From Lophium mytilinum (Eukaryota): a stretch of 64,000 bases of DNA. The DNA lies in contig MU004183.1 in the NCBI GenBank assembly GCA_010093605.1, forward strand, positions 1 through 64,000, in the 5' to 3' direction. Below the pieces are notes generated by a model. It saw nothing but the letters and a program-made list of their open reading frames with translations. It had not been told where the DNA came from and did no database searches. Position 1 is the first letter of the stretch. Each line of letters begins with the position of its first letter. The position numbers and the translations under genes were made by a program. Positions 1 to 11,009 of the stretch are shown here, one piece after another.

Positions 1-3000
1 TAATAGTAAACTTCTAGCCAATTCTATATAAACGCGCTATTACCTGCTTCTTAATCTAAATAGAGCCTGCAGGGTTAAAAAGATATATATTATAATAAGT
101 AGACTATAGATTAAGCCTAGCTCTATTAGCCTAGTAACTAGTAATAAGGATCTTTACTTTAGAGTCGGGGTTATTAAATAATAAGATAAGGTTATCCCGG
201 TTAGTAGTAGAGAGATTGGAGGCTAGTATATAAGTATCTATTTTATAATAGTTAATAATCTTAGCAAGAATTATTTACTTATCTAGGTAGTTAGTCTAGA
301 TAATAACCTTCTCTATACGCTTAATAACATTATCGGCTAAATAGTATAGTAGTGCAGCCACTTTAGAGGTATTATAAATAAAAAGGGTAATAATATAATA
401 AAAGAGTGCGGACTTTACTTTAAAGTCTTTCTAATTAGGGTTAGTTTAGACATTCTTATTCCGGGTAATTTACTTTATTATGCCTCGCAAAACGTCTATT
501 TCCTTTAACTAGTAACCGCTATTATTCTTAAGAGGGATAATTTTTAGGCCGTTCTTAATCTTATTACCCTCTAAATCTAAGACCTTCTCTTGTAGATATA
601 CTATTATAGCGCGCTTAGAGTAGACTAAAAATAGCGCAGTATTTATAAGGTTAAGAGCACGCATAGAGCATACGTTAAATGCATAGATGCGCTAGCCTAC
701 GCGGTTCTTAGTAGAAACTATTAATAACTTAAGGTAGCTTAGCAATTTATTAGCATAGATAATATAGCCTAGTTTTATAGGCTGTAGCTTAATTACTCGC
801 GTAACTAACCGCGGAAGTAATTCTCTAATTTAGGTAGTAGAATTAGTAGAATTATTCAGGTATATAGAAGGGTATAAGCAAGTAATTATATACTTACTAA
901 AAATTAAGCGCAAATAAAGCCCCTATATAATCCTAGAGAAATATTAGAAAATTAAAGTAAATAAGAGAAGAGATAAGGGCCCTAGCTAGAAGCCTTTCTA
1001 CTAGGGCCCTTTATATAATAACTTACGGGTTAAATAAAGGTAGAATAAAATTTTTAAAAGCCTTGCGTGTATACTAGAAAATTACACCTAAATAGTTATT
1101 AGAAAGCTTAAATAGATTATTAGTACCTGGAATAAACTTAGCTTTACCGGGTTTTAAGCGGTACGTGCGGAATTATAGATGCTTATCTCTTAGTTCTATA
1201 AAAGATATATAAGTAGGCATATTAGTAATACCTATATATAGCAGGGTTCTACTATAGAGTATAGTAAAGTCTAAGTAAAGCTATAATATAGTTAGGTAGA
1301 GGTTTACTTAGTTACTTTTAATAAGCTAGCACTCGTCTATAAATTAGACGTTAAAATAGCTACTTAAAAGACCGGGCTAGGTGGAGCTTAGGTAATATTT
1401 AACCTAGTTCTTTAGCTTAGCAAGGTTATTATCGCTATACTACTTTAATGCGGGCTAGAAACTATACTAACCGGCTATTACTTAATAGCTGGCGATTATA
1501 ATACTCTTAGCATTTATCTTATTTTTAGTGTTAAATAAGGGATAGTCCCTAGTTAAGGTGTTATGTAGAAATATAGCGCTATAGAAAGCAACTTAGCCCT
1601 TTAATAAATAGATATAGAGCTTAAGTTTAGAACTAAACTTTATAAGTTTATTTACTATTTAGTGTACTAAAATAGAAGGCATAAGAAAAAGAAAGGGCTT
1701 TACTAGCCCGGGGTCTTTCTTATCTGCAACTTTGCGCTAGCGCTTAGCAATAAGCTATAATTAAATTAGTAGATGCTAAGAGAAACTATTAGGGGGGTAG
1801 TAGAAAGGCTTTCTATTAATACTCTTTAAAGAGAAATTGCTTATATATCTAATAAGGGTAGCTATTAAAAATATCTTTTTAATGCCAACCTTATCTATAA
1901 TTAAAGCCCTACTAAGAAAGCCTTTCTATATAATATAGTATATATAGTAAGCCCCGGTAATCTACTACTACCTTAAGTAAATATTACTATTTATTATAAT
2001 AAGGCGGGGTTCCCGATAGTTATAAATGCGTAGGGCCTTTATTGCTTCTTTAAGGTTATCTAGCTAATAGGCTTTATTAGTTATTAGAAGGCGGAGTATA
2101 CTCTATGTTGTAAGATCTACTATAGTTAGTATAGTAAAGGGGATAATATTCTTTATATTAATAGTAGTAGCCCTTATATTAGCCTCTATATCTTAGGCAT
2201 ATTTAATACCGTCTAGATTAGCGTACTTATCCTTATTTAAATCTGCAGCGCGCATATTTAGGTGCTATTTAATAGCATATATAAAATCTTCTACTATTTA
2301 TCTAATTACCTAATATGCGTTGTATTAAAACTTTAATAAGTTCCGGTTAATTATTACTCTAGTGCGCTTAGCATGCGTAATTACTAACTTAAGCTCCTAT
2401 TTTATAGTGCCGGTAATATACTTAGCGCTAGTAATATTAATATTGCCTTTCTCCTTATTAACTAGGTTTATAGCAATTTCTTCTTTAAATAACCCCTAGA
2501 TAGGGTTATCTATGTTAACCTCTATATTAATAGCTGCAAGTTCCTCCTTAGTAAAATAAGAGGGCGACTGCTAATAGAAAGGCCTAGAAGAGCCTTAATA
2601 GAAAGGCTTTCTATTAATATCCTTACTGCTATAAGTAATAGTTTTAGCCGGGGTCTTAGGTGCTAGTGCTAGACTAAGCTTTATTTTTTAAAGAACATTC
2701 TATATCTTAATTTAGTTCTTAGTATAGGTAGTCCTGCTAGCTTAAGACGGGCTACTCTTAAATTCTATATTTTTCTTTAATTTAAAGAAGATTCTAAGCG
2801 CTTTATTATTAGTAATATTAGCGCAGTTGTATAAAAACCTACTAAACCGCTTCTAGTAGTAATTAAAGTATTAACTAATAAATTAAGCTACCTAATCTAC
2901 GGGTTTATAGTTATCTATCTTAGGCTAAGAAGTAGTATATTACTATAGATTATGCAACTTACTAGTCTTAAAAGCATTTAGAATAGTAGTAAAACTAGCC

Positions 3001-3550
3001 CCTTAATTCTAACTATATACGGCGCGCTTTAGGTCTAAATACCTATCCTTATACTTATTCTAAATTACTTAGAAATTAGGCTTAGCTAGAATTACTTTAA
3101 GTTCTACTTTTATTTAACTATAAAGCTTAGCTAACTTTATTCTACTAGCATACAGCGTGTTTACTAAGGCCTATAACTTCTCTAACTCTTTATCTTTCCT
3201 ACTGCTAGTAACTAGCGCTTAAAGCTTTTCTTACTCTTTATTAGAGTTCTTAGGAATATTAGAGTTATTACTATAGTTATTACTATCTAGATAAACTACT
3301 TTACTATTTACTAATATAAGCGTCTTTAGATCTATTATAGTAGCCGGCTAATTACGCTTTAAATTAACATGGGCCTTAACCCCCGATTTAGTAACTAGTA
3401 GGGAGGTAGAATTTAAATCTTCTAGCACTTTAGAAGAAGTGGATAGTTTCTTATAGCTATCTACTAGGTTAGTTATAGGTAATATACGCAGGAATGCAAC
3501 CTTTACTACTGCTTTACTAGGGTTTCTATTACTTAAGGTATTTATAGCTA
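1..3550 (-). pseudogene. RIP-inactivated SNF2-family (SWI2/SNF2) helicase/ATPase gene; C-terminus runs off the window start
   Basis: Minus-strand translation gives a Q-motif LR***ITGA (LRWWQITGA) at ~1950-1980 and Walker A ALIIDKVGIKKI (de-RIP ALIADEVGIGKT) at ~1871-1910. Also motif Ia KPFLFLMPSILVH*, IIIASY*, and Walker B FNV*FIDEC*LIKS at ~1320-1355. The Helicase_C region reads SKVAALL..EKVII*, RDNLILLFNNPDSKVKILITSY, RLNL*S, LFNP, QVIARLYRIG* at ~10-370. Introns at 933-1026, ~1776-1844 and 2568-2626. The 5' end is approximate. Confidence 0.85.
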
Positions 3551-6500
3551 GCCTATTAATATATTAGCTTATCTTAAATAATAGAAAAAAAAAGGCAGGT
3601 AAAGGGCCCTAGTAGAAAGGCTTTCTACTAAGACTCTTTGCACTATACTAGGTATTTTTAGTATTATTATTTTCTTAATATTTTCTGCCGCCGCATCTTT
3701 AAAATTAAGGTAGACTAATCTACTAAGACTAGTAAAGAGCCCTAGTAGAAAGCCTTTCTATAATAATTTTTATAATACGCTTACCTTACTCTACTTTTAG
3801 AGAAATTGCGATGGAATAAACCTATTAGTAGAATTAGCTATAACGTAACTTAATTTTACCTACTAGATAGCAAACTTACTAAAAGGCTTAACCGCTAGCT
3901 AAAAAGACGCCTAAAATAAGCTAATTGCGGCTCTAATATAGCTAGAAAGCTGCTAACTATTATCTAGTAAGTAAGAAACTAGCGCGCAACCGTTCCGCAG
4001 GTAGCTAGATAAGTAGAAGTAATGGGGGTGCAGTAGTATAGAAGGAGAAGTTAGTATAGAAGTAAAGAAGTTAAAGCTACTAGGCGGTAGATAAGTTTAT
4101 AGGCGGCCGGGCTAATAGCCGCCGGCTGCTAAGACGCTAAGCCTTTAATAGTAAACTACTTAAGTTAACTCTTAAGATTAATATAATAGCTATATATTAT
4201 ATAAGGTTAAAATATCGCGGGTGTAAATATATTAGCGTTTTACTTAATTTTACTAATATATAAATATTTACGGTTAATCTATAATACTATACTATATATT
4301 ACCTAGTTCTAGTAATATAGTACTGCGCTAAGATAGGTTAATAGAACATTACGCGTTATTATATAACTATTTACCTATAGTATAAGGGTCTTGCTAGAAA
4401 GCCTTTCTACTAGAGCTCTTTACTACTTATATTAAGTATGCCTATTATTACCTCTCTTTTTATATATATTACTACTATATATCTACTAAATAAGTATTTA
4501 CATACTATATAAGAGCCTGGCTAGAAGCCTTTCTACTAACACTCTTTATATCTTATACTAATTACTTTACTATCTTCCTTATTAATAATTCTTCTTTGTA
4601 ATACCGCCTCTACTAGTCTACCTATTAACGCTTAAATCTATATGCTCCTTAGAACTCTTCTACTTAAGCCTTATTCTTCTAGGCCTCTTACCCTAAGTCC
4701 TCTAAGTCCTCTATTTCTAAGCTATAGTTACCTAAACTCTCTTTATACTTATACTCTTTATCTAATAACTAACTACTTATATCCCCCTCTTGCTCCTTCT
4801 ATATTACTAAATAATTCCGGAATTCTTTAATTATTAGAATTCTACCTAAATAAGCCCTTGGGCTATTTAGTATATAGTACTTAAACCTAAGCTAGATATA
4901 TTTTAAATTAACTTAACTCCTAGGGCCTATAATATTATCCTCTATTATTATTATCTTTAACTTTTCTAGGCTTCCCTAAGTTATATTCTATACTTCCTTT
5001 GCAACTACATCTATACTAAGGTTAACTGCCCCCCCTTAAGCCTATTCTTTAATATATTAGCTTAGTTAGGCTACCTTATAGTAGTAGCTATTTAGTAGTT
5101 ATATATAGATCTACTATATATTTATAATTATATCTCTTCCCCTAATATTATCTTATATATCTTTAGAGTTATTTTATTTAGCTTAACGCGTGGTTAAAAT
5201 TTTATTATTATTGTATCTTAGAAGAACCTAGAGTAATAAGGCGGCTCTTACTTATAGATTATTAAGGAATTATTCTACCGTTTTTAGTAACGCTTTGTTT
5301 CTAATTATTGCATTTAATCTTTGTAATTTTATATGGAAGGGACTATTATTCTATTTTTAAGTTTCTGCAGCTAGATCCGTAATGTTAAATAGCGGCTAGA
5401 CTTAATTAATCTAGCGTCTAGTTAAGTGCCTTAGATAATTTATATTACTATTTCTAGCTATATTCTATATATAGGTATAGCTTACTATAAGTTCTAACTT
5501 TCTATATAGCTTTATAAGTATATTAGAATAAAGCGTAACTATAGATCTATTTAGAATACTCTTAAGAAATTAGTTGCGTAGTTCTTTACTTTTCTATTAT
5601 ATCTTAGTATTTCCGTCTTCTTCTATATACTATCTACTTAGAAGCTTATATATATTAGTATAGTATACCTTAATAATAAGTGCAGCTGCCTTACCTATCT
5701 ATAGCGGTGCCGATTGCTAATCTTTTTATACTTTAGTCCTATTTTCGCGTTAAATAGCTAGCGTATACTATGCTGCAATACTATACTATAGATACTGCAT
5801 CTCTATATCCTCTCTAGTAAGAGATATTTAGATCCGAGCTTTAGTAAATATAGCTTAGAATTAATTTCTAAGGCCGGCTTGCAGTTAATTAACGCCTTAA
5901 GGGCTAAGTTATAGGGGCGTTATTATCTAATCTAAGTACTCTAACTTTAGCTAAGCTATACTATACTTCTTAAGAAAGTCTAATAACCTAAGGCTATATA
6001 AGGTTATAGAATTCCAGGGGTCTTTTTAATTTATCTACTCTTTTTTCTATAGTACGGATAATTAAGTAGGATTACTACATCTAGTAGTAATTTGCGCAAG
6101 GTAGATATAAAGAGATGCTAAATAACTATTTACTAGCTATTTATCTAGTATTGCTATATGCCTAGCATTACGCCTAGGGGTAACCTAAAGAGATAGTACC
6201 TGGAAAAGAAATACCTAGCAATTAAGGTTTACAATAGTAAAGGCATTAACTTCTTCTATAGAAAGAACCTAGTAGGGGTAATAAGGCTTGCTACTATTAT
6301 CTAGCCTATTCTTTATAGTAAATTCGGGACTTGCGCTTTCTTTAAGTTACTTAAGTATAGTAAAAAGTACTTAAAACTTAGTTTAAACCCTATAGGATAA
6401 GTGTCTATCTCTCTAGAGTATAGTATAGTGGCGTTAGAGAATAGTAGTAAGACTATTCTAAAGCTGTTTTCTTTTTAATAATTTTCTGGAGCTACCTGCT

Positions 6501-9500
6501 GCTTTAAACTACCGCTTAATTATTTTAGTTAAGAACGTAAGAGCTTCTAGTTAAGTATTATAAAAGGGCGTAATATCCTTAATAGGTAACTTAAGTATAA
6601 TCTTATTACTATTATAGATTTTATTGTATGCTATACTACTAATATAGCTATAGTTGCCTGCTTAGAGCTCTACTATTAGAGATAACGCGCCCTAGGTAAG
6701 ATAGTAGGGGTATAATATTATATAAATCTTTTCTTTTCCGCCATTATAGAAGTAAGTGGCCTAGTAGTTATTATAGCTAGTTTTATATAGAAGGGTAACC
6801 CCGGTCTCTAGCTAATTAGTAGTTGGGATATCTTTATATCTATAGTTAACCTATATCCCCTTATCTAGCATATTAATTAGGTTTTTATTAAAAGTAGTAG
6901 TTAAAGTATATAGTAGCTAATTTCTACTTTAAATTATACTTAAGGACTTATATACTATTTTTAGATTATAACCTAAAACTACTAGAAATACTCCTTTAAA
7001 TAAATCTTTAGGTATAGTATCTATTTCTATAAAGTTTTCTATATTATAAAGAACTTAGTTCTAGAATTCTTAGAGTTAATACTATAGAATTATATACTTA
7101 GTATTAATATAAGAGTCTCTAGATAATATTATATATTTTTCTTTCTTAACGCTTACTTTACCCCGTATAATATTAAAACTATATAGTAAATACTGCTACT
7201 TATTAGGTATTAGAGTATACTTTACTACAGGTAAGATAATATTATTAAGCTAAGCTACTTGCATTATATCTAGTAGATGCAAAGTATCGCCCTTCTACTT
7301 ATTTAGTGTTGGCATCTAGGGGAAAAATACGTAAGTTTTAAATTAATGCTTATACCTATACTTTATATAAAGCTGCTTTATTATATAGAGCTTATGGCCG
7401 CGTATTATAATGCGTTAGTTTTAAGTAATACTTTAGAGGAAGGATAGTTATAGAAATAGTAAGAAGTATAAATTATAGGCTGCTAAAGTAGAGATGCTAA
7501 TAATAACGCTATTAATATTATACACTCGCCGGATTTTAATCTCTTTGTTTACTATAAAGCTAGCTTTAGACCTTATAAAACTAAGCCTTAGAGTTTCTAT
7601 ATTACTAGTTTCTCCGCTTAACATTAATTTCTATAGGATATTATTAAAGTTGTTAGGATTATTCTCTCTCTATAATAGCTCTAGTTGGCTTATTAGATAG
7701 AAGGCTGTATTAGCTATAATAGGCTCTTATTAGGAGGGAAGGTTCTAAGCTAGGAGAAAGCTAGTAACTTAGCTAAGGGATCTACTCTAAGGAACTATTA
7801 TATAGTTACTTGCTATATTATAATATTAGCTACTATATTATCTAAATAGAAAGAGTTAAGATATATAGTAAGTATACTAGACTTCTAATGCTAATTAGAT
7901 TATACTTACTATATATAGAGTATTTACTAATAGATTATTATACCTATGTATATTAGCTTTATATAAACTATAGGGCTTATAATACTTGCCTATTAAAGTC
8001 TATCTTATTTATAACTTTATCTATAATCTTGCTATTGCCTTTACTATTTAAGACTATATTATCTACTCTACTGCCTTAATTCTCTAGTATAACTTTATTA
8101 AGTAAACCCGGTAATTTATCTATAGTATCTTGCTATCCTTATATATATATACCTTCTCTACCCTCTTTAACTCTATTATCTAATATCTTATCTATATCTG
8201 CACCTGCTTCTACCTTATTCTTAAGTTAGATAAATTCCTCTTCTACAACCTTAGTTACTGGCGTTAGGCGGAGAGATAATAAGGCAGCGTACTACTCTAT
8301 CTAAACCTAACTATTGTTGTACGCTAGTTATATAAACTAACTTATATTAGCTAGTATTTTCTCCTTATCTATTTATTCCGCAGCGTCTATTCTAGAGAGT
8401 ACTTCTACAGCCTTATTTTATTGCGCTAAGAATAATTCCACTATAATCTCTTTGTTAGTTATTTATGTAAGTATATAGAGTAGTAATATAGTAATAAGAG
8501 CTAGTATTTAGCGTTGTATTATTAGTTCTAGTTATATAGAAGTAGAAGCCGCTGTAGTTTATTAAGCGCATAAACTTGCGTATAGTATTATAGCCATCTA
8601 TAGAGTATTTTAGAGGGCAAGAATAGTATATACGCCTATATATATATATAGTATAGCTGCAGGTTTAAGAAATACTTTATAGAGATAGCGTATAGCGGGT
8701 AGAACCTAGCCCAGAGCTCTATTATTATTATTTGCGGCTTGCTAAGGTATCCCTATGCTAGAAAGTAGTAATAGAGAGGGTAATACCTCTCTAGTATCTA
8801 GAGGCGGTAGTAACGCAGGTATATAAGGAGATAATGCGGAAGATATAGGTAATAGCAACTTTAATACTACCTCTTCTACTTCTTTATCTGCTTAGGCTAC
8901 TTCTTTATTTACTTTACTTTCTTTAGCCGCTTCTTCTTCTTCTTTAACTGCTGCTCCCTTAATAGTTTATATAATAGCATACTTACTACTATTACTCTAA
9001 TCTTACTCTATAGCTTCTATTAATTCTATATTACTTTAAATTTTAGGTATATATTAGGCCGCTTTTAACTTACTAGAGCATATACTACTGCTAGTAGACT
9101 ACTAGGTATAAGAAAGTTATATTAGTTAAGTAGGTTAAGAGGTTAGAGAAGCGAGAGAATAAGTACTACTATAAGTAGCCCGCCCTAGAGTAGAATATTA
9201 GGTGGGTTTAGTAGATAGAGGAGAAGCGGTAGAATAGATACTACTATAGATAGACTACTATAGAGAAGTATATTATATAGGTTATATAGATTAGGTAGAT
9301 AGAGGAGGAATAGTAGAATAGGTACTACTATAAGTAGACCGCTGCGGAGGAGTATATTGCATAGATTAAGTAGAGGTAGAAGGTAATAATTCTTCTATTA
9401 AGACGGGTTCTACTTAAGTTTATTAGAACCTAACTGTAAATACTAGAAGATTATAAAAGATATACTAATTATAAGTTATATAATAGTTTCCTCTAAAGGC

Positions 9501-10000
9501 TTCTAAGGTGCAATTAGTTATTAAAAGGGCGTAGGCGCAGGGCGGGTAGAATAAGAGGCCCTAATATTTATACTAGAAAGACCTCTAGGGTTTTTAAAGA
9601 TAATTAGAAACGGATCTAGAATAGAAGTAGAAGTAGGCTTGCTAGCCTCTCCTGCTGTAGCTGTTTAGTCTATAGCTCTCTTCTTTTTATCTTTCTTGCG
9701 TTGGTTTAAATCTACTATTAAACGTAATTTAGCTGCTTTTTACTCTTCTTTATTCTAGTACTTTTAGGGGCGTCCTATGCTAACTACTAGGTATAGTAGT
9801 AAGGGGGATAATAGTTTAGAATATAGAGCTAAGGAGCGGAAAGTGGTTAGAGAGTATAATTAGTTAAAAATAAGGATTTATTAATATTCTTATTATAGGG
9901 CTTACCCCGCCTAACCTATTTTAACACCCCTTATAGATACTGCCACTTAGTTAAGGTTGCTAGGGAAGGGCCCTAGTAGAAAAGCTTCCTGCAGTAGCTC
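975..10000. repeat. Dispersed ~38-bp hairpin repeat, 9 copies (core AGAAAG(G/C)CTTTCT, arms like AAAGAGCCCTAGT...ACTAGGGCCCTT)
   Basis: Copies at ~975-1011, 1798-1827, 1903-1930, 2588-2624, 3601-3639, 3734-3762, 4384-4422, 4510-4548 and 9966-10000. Example: aaagggccctagtagaaaggctttctactaagactcttt (3601). Confidence 0.85.
4570..9778 (-). pseudogene. RIP-inactivated long ORF (~5 kb) of unknown function
   Basis: Starts (M)GRP*KY*NKEE*KAAKLR at 9778, followed by a low-complexity region with ~84-bp repeats at ~9150-9370. Globular-looking segments include RRVYNINSVII..TLAA, TYVFFP*MP, A*LNNIILP, AYNKIYNSNK..PFYNT*LEAL, Y*VLSIEEVNAF..NLNC*VF and LRLLDFLKKYSIA*L. Ends in an acidic tail. Boundaries and introns are approximate. 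Confidence 0.6.
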
Positions 10001-10379
10001 TATTAATTACTTTATCTATAAATATTATATAAACTATATCCTGCCCTTTACTTTATATATTTTATTTAATGCGGCTAAAATTTCTATTATATAAGAATAC
10101 TATCTAGTAGTAACCTATACTAAAGCAAGGCTATTATAACGCGAAACCCTTTCTATTATATCTATTACCCTCTATAGGTACCTACTACTAGGACTTTACC
10201 TTTTCTATAATGCTTTAAATTTAATTACATATACTATATATAGTATTATAGCTCTATTATAGTATCTTAATATCTAGAAGTTATTATATGCAGCGGTAGA
10301 AGGCTGCTTAATTATAGGGCTATACTCTACGCTGCTAGCCGCCCTCTTTTCTTACCCTCTGCATCTACCTAGAGCTATA

Positions 10380-10950
10380 ACTACAGCCTGTAAAATATTT
10401 CTAAATTACTAGAATGCTATTATATTATATAATAAGTAATTTTCCTTATAAATATTTTTAACCTTATATTATAGTAGTTCTATGCAGCGCTAGTTAAGGT
10501 CTTTATTAAGTGTAAGGCTAGTATTACGCTAAACTCTTTAAGTAACTTCTATTATTTAGGATCTTACCTCTATATATAACTGCTACTACTACTATAGCCT
10601 ACATATTAATTCTAAGTTAATAGATCGCTATTATATTATATATTATATATAATCCTTTATATATTTCTTCTATGCTATATTATAGTAGTTGCATGTAGTA
10701 GTAGTTATACTAATTCTTAAGTATAAGGCTATTCTTACGCTAAACCCTTTAAGTAATTTCTATTCTATACCTATGCACCCTGCAGCCTCTCTATATCTAC
10801 CTTAAGCTACTACTACAGCTTATAAATTAAATTAAAGTTAATAGAACACTATTATATTATATTCTAAGTATTATTCTTTATATATATACTCTATTTTACG
10901 TTGTAGTAGTTAAATATAGTAGTGCAAGGTTATACTACACGCAATTCTTA
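10380..10950. repeat. Three diverged tandem units of ~210-220 bp, possibly a RIP-degraded Cys-rich coding repeat on the minus strand
   Basis: The marker 'cta(c/t)agc...tag..(g/a)ctattatattatat' recurs at ~10381, ~10592 and ~10813. 'taaggcta.t.ttacgctaaac.ctttaagtaa.ttctatt' recurs at ~10513 and ~10724. Confidence 0.65.
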
Positions 10951-11009
10951 AAGGTTAATTTTCTCTATATTAAACTTGCTTCTCCCTACCTAACTCTAAC
11001 CCTCTAGCC

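Noticed and set aside
1..3550. Helitron or telomere-linked RecQ helicase
   Set aside because: Motifs (ADEVGIGKT, DEC(Q)LIK, GLNLQ, ARxxRIGQ after de-RIP) are SNF2-type, not PIF1 or RecQ; no Rep/HUH motif seen.
4642..7700. Plus-strand ORFs 4642-4830 and 7494-7700
   Set aside because: Leu/Ile/Ser/Tyr-rich antisense shadows of the RIP-degraded minus-strand ORF.
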